DNA of 37,420 nucleotides, from positions 1 through 37,420 of the forward strand of contig CALSCO010000520.1 of the NCBI GenBank assembly GCA_943704415.1, read 5' to 3'. Numbering within the stretch: the first letter of the stretch is position 1; each line of letters starts with the position of its first letter. A program made the translations under genes and the position numbers. Positions 21,899-34,958 of the stretch are shown here, one piece after another. The stretch comes from Parvularia atlantis. Its lineage: Eukaryota. The notes beneath the pieces were generated by a model that was not told where the DNA came from, ran no database searches, and was given only the letters and a program-made list of their open reading frames with translations.

Positions 21899-24800
21899 AT
21901 GCCGGCCGCAAAGGGGCGATCAGCGGCCGCCCGCGCGCCGCCCGCGCCATCCGCGGCACGTCCGTCTCGCGCGCCGTCACAGCGCCTGCTGCTCGCGGTC
22001 GGCGGCGCGCTGCTTTTCCTCGCGGGCTTCGCGGCGCACTTTGCGCTGCATCTGGCGCTGCCGCCGTCCGACGCCGACGGCACAACGCGCGCCGCGCTGA
22101 TCGCGCCCGATGCGGACGAGCCGCGCGCCGTGCCGCACGCGCCCGAGCGCTACGCGCGTCTCGCGAGCGGGCGGCGGCAGGCGACGATCCACGGCGCACC
22201 CGACCCGGCTGCGCCGCGGGCCCTCGCGATCTGCGTCGTGGTGCGCGACGAGGCGCCGTACGTGGCCGAGTGGCTGCAGTTCCATCTGCTCGAGGGCGTG
22301 GAGCACGTCTACGTCTACGACGACGGCAGCCGCGACGGGCTTGTCGAAGCGCTGGAGGACGCGGTGGCGGCGGGCGCGGCGACGGTCGTCGAGTGGCCCG
22401 CGGCGCTGCTGCACGACGCGCCCGGCGACGCGACGTGGACGCGACATCAGGTCGACGTCGCGCACGTGTGCGACGCGGCGTGGCACGCGCGGCATCCGGA
22501 CGCGATCAACCAGTGCCAGCTGCTCGCCTTCGACCACTGTCTCGCCGTGTTTGGGCGCGCGGCAGAGTGGATGCTCTTCATCGACATTGACGAGTTTGGT
22601 GCGTTTGGCGTGCGGGCTTGCTGGGGCTGTTTGTGACTAAGCTGGGGCTGCTCGTTGCTCGTTGCTCGTCGTTGCTCGTTGCTCGTTGCTCGTTGCTCGT
22701 TGCCTGTCGTTGCTCGTTGCTCGTTGCTCGTTGCCTGTCGTTGCTCGTTGCTCGTTTCTTCCCGATCAGTGCTCACGCTTCGTTGCTCGTTCCTTCCTGA
22801 TCAGTGCTCACGCTTCGTTGCTCGTCGTTGCTCGTCCCTCGCTGCTTGTCGTTGCTCGTTGCTCGTTGCTCGTTGCTCGTTGCTCGTCCCTCGCTGCTTG
22901 TCGTTGCTCATTGCTCGTTGCTCGTTGCTCGTTGCTCGCTGCCTGTCGTTGCTCGTCGCCTATTCCTTCCCTATCAGTGCTCAGGCTTCGTTGCTCTTTC
23001 CTTCCTGCTCACGCTTCGTTGCTCTTTCCTTCCTGCTCACGCTTCGTTGCTCGTGCTGCACTCGCACAAGCTCCTCTCTCACGCACGCGCCTCACTAACG
23101 CGCAAACCGCGCACGCACCAGCATTCACGACCACCGAGGGCACAAACGCGACGCTTGTCAGCGCCCTCAGCCACGAGCGCTTCCGCGACGCCACATCCGT
23201 CGGCCTCGTCGCAGCGCCCTTCGGCTCGGCCGGCAACCGCTGGTCGCTCCCGCGCGGCAAGCTCGTCACGACCTCGTTCCGGCGTCGCGGGTGCGTCGAC
23301 GACCGCGCGCGATCGTTGACGCGGCTCACGACGCCGCGCACCAGCCCCGAGCGCTACGACGACCTCCCCGTGACCGTGCAGGAGGAGTACACGCCCGAGG
23401 AGTACGGCGGCAAGCTCTTCCAGATCAAGTCGGCCGTGCGGCCGGGCGCCGTGCGCAGCGGTGTGTCACGCGCGCTCTCTCAGGAGAGCCGCGGCTGATG
23501 GGCAGGGCGCAGGACGCTGCGGCTCGCACCTCTTCTTCGACATCACCACGAGCGACCCGAAGGCCGTCACGACGCGTGCCACCGACGGGCAGCCGTTCCG
23601 CGGCTGCGGCACGCCCGCGCACGACCCGCGGCACTGCCTCCTGGCCGGCTGCGCCGTGCTTGAGCCCGAGTGGGCCGTGATGCGCGTCAACCACTACCGC
23701 ACGCGCGCGCTCGAGGACTTTCTCGCGCGGCGCAATAAGGGCGTGGTGCAGGGCCGCCTCTCGGCCAACCAGCAGCCGGGCCTGTGGGACATGCTCAACC
23801 GCAACGAGGTCAACGACCTCGACCTCGTCAGACGGTGCGCCTCGCCCTCGCCGCAGGATCGTGTGCTTCTCACGACTCGCGCGCAGACTGAGCGACCGTC
23901 GCGAGCGGCGCCGCGCCCTGCTGCCGCCGGCCATCGCCAAGCTGATCGACCGTGCGTGCGCGGCCGGCACCTCACCTGCAATCGCTCACGCGCCTCGACA
24001 GAGCTCGACGCCGCACGCCAGCCGCAGCGCGAGGTCATATTTGTCGTCGGGCCGGACACGTTCTCGCTCGGGCTCGTGTCGACGGCGCTCGGGATGGCCG
24101 GCGCGGCCGTGGGCGTGCACCTCACGCGCGCGACGCTCGGCTGCGAAAAGCCCGAGTCGGACTGGTGCGCTGCCCGGACGCGAAGACGCCGTGCGCTGAT
24201 GCGCGTGTGCCACAGCCTTCCGACCGACTACCCGCTCGGCTTCTTCGCGAACGACGCCGTGCGTGGCGCCAACGTCGCGCTGTTGCGCGGCATCGACTTT
24301 CTGCACCTGCCAAACGAGGTTTGCGAGGATGCGCAAGCACCCACAGCTGCGCTAATGCCGTGCGCACCGCAGGGACCGGGCGGCAAGGTGGACACCGCTG
24401 TCGTGGACTCGGTGCTGAAGGACACGCGCCTGATCAACGACGAGCAGCTGTGCGGCACGCTGCCGTGGTGGCTGCAGCAGACGCGCGCGCGCGAGGTCTC
24501 GTCCGTCGTCGTGCTCGTCGCGCCCTCGCCCAACGTCAGCGCGGCCCGGTCGAGCGCGTGGAGCGGGCGGCCGCTGGCGCACGCACGCGCGGCCTGGAAC
24601 GACTGCGTCTCGCGCGTCGTGGCGAGCGTCGACGCTGCGACGGACGGCACGAGCGTGCTGCTCTTTGTGCCGGCTGACTGGGCGGCGTTCGAGGACTATG
24701 TCGAGTCGATGAATGCCCTCGTCGAGCGCGTCAACGAGCTGCTCGGGCCCACAGCGCTGCTGCGCGTGTCGGACCGGCGGCTCGCGCCCGCGTACAGCGC

Positions 24801-24921
24801 GCAGACGGCCGTGCTGGACGCGATGCGCGATGACGACGCGCCTGAGCCGCAGCGAGCCGACGACTCTGCTCAGACGCTCTATGACATGCTGTGCGCGTCT
24901 GCGCACGCAGTCCTCCGCTAG
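21899..24921 (+). CDS. Type II membrane glycosyltransferase (GT92/Glyco_tranf_2_4-like) fused to a degenerate sulfotransferase-like domain, 7 introns
   Basis: N-terminal TM segment LLLAVGGALLFLAGFAAHFAL, then LAICVVVRDEAPYVAEWLQFHLLEGVEHVYVYDDGSRD, DXD motif WMLFIDIDEF and NHYRTR. The C-terminal part has VIFVVG..., YPLGFF.N and DEQLCGTLPWW. Confidence 0.82.
22649..23057. repeat. (TTGCTCG)n microsatellite/minisatellite inside an expanded 523-nt intron
   Basis: Dozens of TTGCTCG units with variants and a recurring higher-order unit (TCAGTGCTCACGCTTCGTTGCTC). It lies within intron 22599-23121. Confidence 0.95.
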
Positions 24922-24951
24922 ACCCCTCCTTTCGCCACGCTTGTATCATCA

Positions 24952-26721
24952 TCAGAGCAGGTCGTAGAAGCACGGCAAACCTGTACGCGCGCGTGCGCGT
25001 CGTGAGCGTGCGCCGCGCACGAGCAGGCGCGCGCGCACCCTGGCCGAGGTCCCAGATGCCCACGCCCATGCCACACTGCTCGGCAAACTCGAGGCGCTCG
25101 CCGATCGACTGCGCCAGCGTCGTTTGCGTACACAGCACGCACAGCACGCGCACGTACGTCGGGCGTTGGGTAGTAGACTGTGCGCTCGTTGCCCATGTCG
25201 TCCTTGTAGGTGAAGTAGTGCTCGGCGGCCTCGGTCGACCACTTGAGCTCGTCCGCGCGCGACAGCAGCTGCCGTGCCGCCGGCCTCAGCCGCGTGCGCC
25301 GGTCACACGAGGGGCGCACCTGCATCGCCTGCTCGCCGTGCACCGCCGCCGGCGTTTCGCCCTCGGAGGCAAAGTCGCGGCCGTACCTACGTCGCGGCTC
25401 AGCACGCAAGCAAGCCGGCTTCAACGTCTGCGGCGCACCAGTTCAGGCCGACGAGCAGCTTGTGCGCCTCCTCGGGCGCGCCCTTGGCGATCTGCGGCGC
25501 GCCGCGTCATCGCTTGGCGGCATGCGCGCGCATGCGCACGCACCGCCGTCATCGTCTTGATCACGAAGGGCAGCGGCGCATTCGGGCCGGCCCTGCGCAC
25601 GAGTGCCCGTCAGTGCACACGTCGTGTGAGACGCCGCACACACACGTCTTGAGCTCCTGCATCGACGAAAAGTCGTACGTGAGCACGTGGATGTAGTCGA
25701 CCATCGGCGCGAGGTTCTTGAAGACCTCGGCGTCAAAGTAGCGCTGCATCGGCCTGTGCTCGCGGTGAGGCACCTACCGCATGAGCGTGTGCACGCGTGC
25801 ACGCACGAGGCCGTGACGACCAGCAGCTTGTCGAGCTTGTGCAGCTCGTTGTGCAGGACCTGGATGACGGCCGCCATCTCGCGCAGCATGTACGTCGCCT
25901 CAAACACCATGCCGTCCCAGTTCTGCTTCCTGCGCTCGCGTGCGGTCGGCGTCAATCAGCAGCGTCCCGTGCCTCGGCCGGGCAGGCGCGCGCGCACTTG
26001 CACTCGGCCAGCGCGAGCGCAATCAGCCGCAGCAGGCGATTGCGCACATCGTCCGTGAACACGGCCTGCAAGTCAAAGTCGATGTTGAATCGCGGCACGA
26101 TCTTGACCGAGCGGCCGGCCGCCGCCGCCGCCGCGCGCACTCTGCTCGCACGTGACGTGAGCGCGCTCGCTCACTGACGAGCGGACGCACTCGTCGACCC
26201 AGGCCGTGTTGACGTCCGGGCGGCCGGCGAGCTTGATCTTGCCGTCGCTAAGCACGCCACGTGCCCCGTCAGCACCATGGCGACGCGCACGCGCGCCCGA
26301 TCGCGACGCGCCTCGACGCCTCCCAGCGATACCAGGTCGGCGCGAGCAGGTCGAACTTGGCGGCGAACTGCTTGGCGACGCTGTATCCGTCGCTGGGCGT
26401 GCCGTCAGCACGTGCAATCGGGGTGCGCGGAGGCGGCGGACGGCCACCTGTTCCACGGCGTGACGTAGGCCAGCGTCGTGCCCTGGAACACCTTGAGCGT
26501 GCGCAGCTTGTCCTCAAAGCGGCCGTGCTGCGCGAGCAGCTGCTCCTTGGTCGTCGTCTGTATCGCGCACGTGACTCGGCGCGGTTCGCGGTCGATCGGG
26601 GGGGATGGGGGGCGCGCACCGGCACCGGCACGACGTCGTCCGCGTCCTCTGCACGCGCCGCAGCCGCGACGAGCGCCGCGACCAGCGCCGCGACGAGCGC
26701 GACGCGACCGACCGCCACCAT
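24952..26721 (-). CDS. CHID1: Chitinase domain-containing protein 1 (GH18 non-catalytic lectin-like), ~11 introns
   Basis: Signal peptide MVAVGRVALVAALVAALVAAAARA, then TLAYVTPWN..GY, KFDLLAPTW, WDGMVFE, LTYDFS, GPNAPL, LVGLNWYGRDF, EHYF.Y, VYYPT and GVGIWDLGQGLPCFYDLL*. Confidence 0.92.
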
Positions 26722-26869
26722 GTCTCCCGCCTGTCTGGTACCTCCCGATACTCGACCTTCGACGACCACCTGCAGGCTTTTCGTGGATGGACGGCTGCGA
26801 CAGAGAATGAAGAGTGGGTGCTGGAGGCGAGGGCGCGGCGAGGGAGGGCGGCAGCTGCACACAGAAGCA

Positions 26870-27116
26870 GACCCTGCAGGACGGTGTCACTTGGGCGCGA
26901 CATTGGCAGGGGTCTCACTGTCGGCCGGCAACGTCCTCCTGGCCGTTGGCGACCCGTACTACTCGAGCGACACCGGCAGTGCCGCGCCGTGCAACGCCCG
27001 GGGGCGCCTTCATGGTAGCGACAAACTTTGGCTACAGCCTCGCCGCTGCCGAGCACGGCGCACCACCATCGCTTGCGGCTGGTGGCGGCGCGGGCAACAA
27101 CGCGTTTCTCATCTAG
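26870..27116 (+). pseudogene. Frameshifted FG-GAP-like gene fragment
   Basis: One frame reads HLGATLAGVSLSAGNVLLAVGDPYYSSDTGSA. A shifted frame reads [31 protein letters not shown]. The shift lies near the G-run at ~27000. No convincing full gene model. Confidence 0.45.
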
Positions 27117-27164
27117 ACAGTCTGTGTGCCACACTTGGCTTTGCGAACCTGCCCGTCACCGCGC

Positions 27165-28190
27165 TCACGACAACGGCGAGAGGGCCTTGGTCGTGTTGCG
27201 CTTGTCGACGACGAGGTCGACGATGCCGAACGCCTTGGCCTCCTCGGCCGACATGAACGTATCGCGCTCGACGGCCTGTAGAGCGCGGGTCGGCGTTGAG
27301 CTGCCGTGTGTGCGGTGCGACACGCATCAGCCGGCACCTTCTCAATCGCTTCGAGCGGCTGCTTGGTGTGCTTGACGTAGAGCTGGTTGAGCCGCGCGCG
27401 CATGCGCAGGATCTCCTCGGCGTGGATGGCGATGTCGCTGGCCTGGCCCTGCGCGGCGCGGTGCGGTTCACGCGCTGACGCTGCCCTGCGGTCGCAGCGG
27501 CGCACCTGGAAGCCGCCCGAGGGCTGATGGACCATGACGCGGGCGTTGGGCAGGGCGATGCGGCGGCCCTCGGCACCAGCGGCCAGCAGGAACGAGCCCA
27601 TGGACGACGCCTGGCCGATGCAGAGCGTGTGGACGGGCGAGTGGATGTACTGGTGTCGCGCGCGTGAGCCGCGCCGCGTGCGACGTGCGCGAAAGCCGCG
27701 GCGCGTGCGACGTGCGGCGTGCGCGTGGGTCGCACCTGCATCGTGTCGTAGATGGCCAGGCCCGACGAGATGACACCGCCGGGGCTGTTGATGTACATGA
27801 AGATCGGGCGCTCGGGGTTCTCGGCCTCGAGGAAGAGCAGCTGCGCGACGACGAGCGACGCCATGACGTCGTGCACCTTGCCGCGCACACGCCTCTCAGC
27901 CAGGTCGTGCGCATCGCGAGCGTGCCGCATCGCACCGGCCCCGACAGCATGATGATGCGCTCCTTGAGCAGGCGCGAGTAGATGTCAAACGACCGTTCGC
28001 CGCGCGCCTTCCGGGGTGGGGTGATCGCGCTCTTGTCAGCGCCCTCCCGCACGGCACGCCACGCGCCGCACACCGTCTGCTCGATCACGATCGGCACCAG
28101 CGCCGCGTGCGGTGCGCCCCACGTCGCCGCCGCCGCCGTGTGCATCCGCCGTCCGAGGCCGAGCCGCAGCCTTCGCGCGAGCATCGACAT
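27165..28190 (-). CDS. CLPP: Mitochondrial ATP-dependent Clp protease proteolytic subunit, 5 introns
   Basis: Arg-rich presequence [17 protein letters not shown], then [42 protein letters not shown] (Ser), MVHQP (His) and [17 protein letters not shown]. Confidence 0.96.
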
Positions 28191-28280
28191 CGACACTCGA
28201 ACAGTGACACTTCGAGTCTCTGCTGACGGATCTCTCATTCGTCTCTCATTCTTCGCTCGCTCGCGCAGCGCCCGCGTTCG

Positions 28281-30315
<2,035 letters not shown>

Positions 30316-30420
30316 GCCGCGTGCGCGCGCGCGCGTCAAGCGCCGAGCGTGCGCCGTTCTGTGTGTCAACGTGCTTTTTTCGGTGCTCAAGAAGAAACAT
30401 ATCAGGGGGGTGCGCAGGTT

Positions 30421-32305
30421 TCAGGCTGCCGGCGCCTCGGCGGGCTGCCAGCTCGGTTCGCTATGCAGCAGCTTGACGAGGTGCCGTGTGACTCTGCTCT
30501 CGACATCCGACGCCCAGATCAGGTCGAGGTGCTCGTAGCCGTCGATGATGTGCACGCTGCGCAGCTTGGTGAAGTTGCTGCAACGGCGCGGCCGCGCTCA
30601 TTAGTTTCGCTGCATCACTAGCCCGCCCATCGCAACGCACTGCGCCTGGAGATGGCTCACGAGCGCGTTGCAGTCGGCGAGGTAGTCCTTGCTGCCGTGG
30701 AACAGCGCGAGCGGGCACTGCATCGTCTCGACCGGGTACGCCTCACCGGGGACGTCTGCCGCCTGGTTAAGCACTGCACGGCGTCGACAGCACAATGCAG
30801 CCGCACCGTGCACGCCCGTGTAGCGCTGCACGCGGTTCGTCTTGGCCATCTCGCACCAGTGCCCGATCAGCTTGACCGACTGCGGCCGGGGCGTGAACTG
30901 GAAGTACTTGGCCTTGCGCGACTTCTGCTCGCGCAACCGCGCATGAGCTGGCCGGTGGCGCGAGCGGAGACGAGGCGCGCACCGTCCAGTTGGCGTCGGA
31001 CCAGCGGAAGAGGTAGTTGAACATCGGGTAGGCCAGGTGCACAAACACGCTCGGCGGCAGGAACGGCGCAGGCAGGCACAGCAACGGCACAAACTCGCCG
31101 CGGCCAAAGTAGCGGTCGCGCATCTCGGGCGTAAACTTGGAGATGTGCTTGAGCGTCCACGTACTGCGCGGCGGCCTGAGCGACGCGGCGGTGCGCGCAC
31201 AAGGCGAGAGGGACGCACGGCAGCTCGCCAATGCGCGCGACGGGCGCGATGGCCGCAAACAGGCTGATCTTTTGCGCGAGCTCCTTGTTGGCCGAGAACG
31301 CCATGAACGCCTGCGCCACAGCCTGGTCAGCAGAAGCAGCGAGCGCTAGAGGGCGAAGCGTGCCTGCGCGTTGCCCTGCGACATGCCGACCCACGCGGCC
31401 TTGGCGTGGCCGGTCGCGCCGAGGACGTAGTCGACGATGCACGGCACGTCGTACTGCGCGAGCTCGTCGACCGACCTGCGCACGCCGCCACCGTCAGTCC
31501 GTGCGAGCAACGCACAAGGCAAGCAGCGCACCAGTCCCAGAACGCGTCGTCGCGCGGGCTGAGGCTGACGTGCTCCTGCACGACGGCGCGGTTGCTGGCC
31601 AGCCACACGTCAAAGCCCTCTACGGCCAGCGAGAAGGCCATGCTCTCGTCCTCGTTCACCACAAACATGCCCGGGTCCATGAACAGGCCGTGCTGCATAA
31701 TGACGGGGCTGTCGCGATCGCTCATCAGTCGTTCACCGCGATCGTCACCCCCGATCAGATGGTGCACCGTGCCGCGCTCGGCCGCGCCGTGACGGTGCCG
31801 GGCGTGCGCACGCGGTGCAGGTACAGCACGAAGCCGTCGGCCGTGACGGCGCGGTGGCGCTCGTAGTGGAAGCTGTGGTGCGTGACATAGTAGTCGACCT
31901 TGCCGATCACGCGCTCGTTCTCGCGGCGCAGCGCGGCAGGCAGCGCGGCCGTGGCCGATGCGAGCTTGGGCGCGTCCTGCTCGCGGTCCGGCCGCATCGG
32001 CGCGTCGTGCACCACGTGCACGTCACGCGGCTTGAGTGGCGGCGAGGCGGGCGACAGCGCGCCACTGCGGCGCCGGCGCCACGCGACCTGCAGCTCCTCC
32101 ACAAAGGCGAAGCACAGCAGCGCCGTCAGGAACACGCCCGCGACGACCTGCGATGCGCACGACGCGCACAATGCGCACGACGCGCACGATGCGCACGACG
32201 CGCTGTCAGCACGATGCGCCACGTGCCACGCGGACGACGCACGTCGCGCGCCACGCGCAGCCACGTCGGGTCCGCCGGCGCACGGCGATCCGCGCGCGCG
32301 CTCAT
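30421..32305 (-). CDS. AB-hydrolase lipase (lysosomal acid lipase / Tgl1-Yeh sterol esterase family), 8 introns
   Basis: N-terminal TM segment, then VTADGFVLYLHR, QHGL, GFDVWLASNR, FWDWSVDELAQYDVP, nucleophile GMSQG, GSKDYLAD (Asp) and YEHLDLIW (His). The start codon is inferred. Confidence 0.88.
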
Positions 32306-32460
32306 CTGCCGCGTGTGCCGCGTGCTGCGTGCTGCGTGCAGGACGGCGCGGCAGTGAGCTCGAAGGACGCACGCGGCACGCGGCTCGTTACCGAGAAGAG
32401 GCACAGAAACGGTGCTGACCACTTGTTTTGGCCGATCAACAGTGACAGACCGCCTCTCCT

Positions 32461-34135
32461 TCACGCGGTCGGCGCTGCCGCGTCGCTGGCGCCGCCGCCG
32501 CCGCCCCAGAAGCGCCGGGGCACGCCGTGCTGCGTGAAGAAGTCGGCCATCGGCACGACCGACGACGTGCGCCGCGCCTGCTCGGCCGCGAACACGAGCA
32601 AGTGCGACGAGAGCGACGCCCACGGGCCCGAGCGCAGCAGCGATGGATCCTTGTGTGCGACCGCGTCGACAAAGGCCGCCATCAGCCCATGGTCGCCACC
32701 GCCGTGGCCGCTGCCGTCCTCGACGTACGGCGCCTCGCGCGCTTTGCGCGTCGCAAAGTCGTACACGTCGATCGTGACGCCGTCGGTCGAGAGCTCGCCG
32801 AGCGTGCCGTGGATGCGCGTCTGGCGTGCGGGCGGTGAGCGCAGCACAGCGGCAGACAGCACGGCATGCGAACTTTGCGGCGGCCCATGCGCGTGAACGC
32901 CGTCATCGTGAACGACGCCGTTTGGCCGCCTGCATACTCGAGGTTGACGACCTGCGTGTCGACCACGTCGTTGTCGCACTCGTACACGCAGCGGCCGTAC
33001 GGGCCCTGCGCGAGCGCGCGCTCGACGTTCTCGATGTCTGTGCGCACGCCGCGCCGCGTGCACGCGTCAGCCCGTCAACACTTTGAGGCGCAAGACGTAC
33101 CGACGACGTCCGTAATGACGTCCTGCGCGGGACGCGTCAGCAGCCGCAAGCCGCAAACCGCGAGCGGCAGCGCACCACGGGCCACGTCGTGTGGCCGCTG
33201 CGCACGAGCGGATCGAGGTAGATCTTCTTGGCCGAGTAGGCGCAGTCGGGCTCGTGCGCGCAGTCGACGCAGCGCTTGGTGGCGCCGGCCGCGGTTGGCT
33301 TGCCGTGCGGGCCAAAGTGCGCGAGGCTACCGAACGAGCTCACGCGCGTGCACGGCACGCCGTCGAGAAAGTAGCTGTGCGACGAGCGCATGCGCGTCAA
33401 GAGGCACGGAGCAGCAGCAGGAGGGGACGCCGCACCTGATCAGGTCGATGTCGTGGCACGACTTGGCCATGAGCGAGAACGTGGCCAGGCGCTCGTTGCG
33501 CCAGTTGCCGCGCACGTACGAGTGCGCAAAGTGGTAGAAGCCGCTGCACGCGCGCGGCAGGGGTCAGTGCACGCGCGTGCCACGTGCAGCACGCGCGCGC
33601 ACACATCGGCTCGAGGTGCTGGATGTTGACCACGCGTCCGAGCGCGCCCGACAGCACGACGTCGCGGATGGCGCGGTTGAGCGGCGTGTAGCGTAGCACG
33701 TGGCCGACTGGTGCGGCGATCAGCAGCCGGAGCGGATCAGGCGCGGCACGGCGCACCCGCGAGCATCACGCCGTGCGCCTCGACCGCGTTGAAGATGCGG
33801 AGGCAGTCGTCGAGCGTCACGGCCATCGGCTTCTCGAGCAGGAGGTGGTACTTGAGCGCGGCGCAGGCCACGGCAACGTCGGCGTGCATCGCGTCCTGCA
33901 CGCACACGAGCACGGCGTCGGCCTGGCCCGGCCCGCGCGCGACCAGCTCGGTCCAGTCGGCCATCACGCCCTCCTTGGGCACGCCGAACCGCGCCGCGAA
34001 GGCCGCGCGGCGGTGCGCGTTGGGCTCGGCCACGGCGACGATGACTGCGCGCGTCGGGTGCGCGGCCGCGTACTCGGCGTAGATCGTCCCGCGCTGGCCC
34101 GCGCCCACGACAGCGATCTTGACGGGCGCCATCAT
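32461..34135 (-). CDS. Gfo/Idh/MocA family NAD(P)-dependent oxidoreductase, 6 introns
   Basis: [66 protein letters not shown]. Confidence 0.92.
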
Positions 34136-34217
34136 CAGGGCCGGGAAAAAATGCGCGGGACCCGGAAGGTGGCTGTCACAGATCTAGACGGCTCAAGGAG
34201 TTAGCGGGACGTAGGGG

Positions 34218-34852
34218 ATGGGTGGCAGGCGCAAGTCGCGGCGGAAGCCGCCGCCGAAGAAGTCGCTCGTGCCGCTCGAGACGGTCTTCACGTGCCCGAT
34301 CTGCCACGAGGAGAAGAGCGTGACGGTGAAGATGTGCGTCGTGCGCGGGCGCTGTGTGGCGCGTGTGGGCGCTGATGGACGAGGTGCGCAGCGATCACAA
34401 GGAGCGGCAGGGCCTCGTCGCGTGCACCAAGTGCAACCGCACCCACGCGTACAAGACGAACGGTGCGCGGCATCTCGCACGGTATCGCGATGGCGCAGAT
34501 CATCAACGCCCGATCGCGCCCAATCGCGCCCAATCGCGGACGCGCAGCGCTCAGCCGCCCCGTCGACGTCTACGGCGACTGGATCGACGACCTCACGGCG
34601 CTGCAGAAGGCGAGCGACCGACAGCGCGCGCGCGAGCAACTCGAGCACGGCACGCCGCAGCGCGCACCCGCAACGCCCACCGCCGGTGCAGCGACGCCGC
34701 AGCCGCTCGGGCGACCGCCCACGACGACCGCGCTCGGCAAGCGCCCGATGGTCGACGACGGCGACGAGGCCGAGGTCGAGGACGAGATGGCCGGGTTCAT
34801 CGACGACGACGAGGTGGACGAGGACAACGAAGACGAGGACGAGGACGTGTGA
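34218..34852 (+). CDS. ELOF1: Transcription elongation factor Elf1/ELOF1 with an acidic C-terminal extension, 2 introns
   Basis: [15 protein letters not shown]...[12 protein letters not shown]...CTKC...[13 protein letters not shown]; Zn ribbon CxxC...CxxC. Confidence 0.93.
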
Positions 34853-34958
34853 GCGCGCAGGTCGGAAGATGTCAGCGCTAGACTTCTTTCTTCCTCTGGT
34901 GCACTGGCCAGAAGACGGAGGGGAGGGCGCACGCAATCGCAACAATGGAGCCAGTCCG

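Noticed and set aside
22649..23057. Repeat array as CRISPR or as coding LLVARCS repeats
   Set aside because: It has no unique spacers and the context is eukaryotic. It lies within an intron whose removal restores the glycosyltransferase frame.
26248..26317. Additional GC-AG intron in CHID1
   Set aside because: In-phase GT donors lie nearby, so the donor cannot be assigned from sequence alone.
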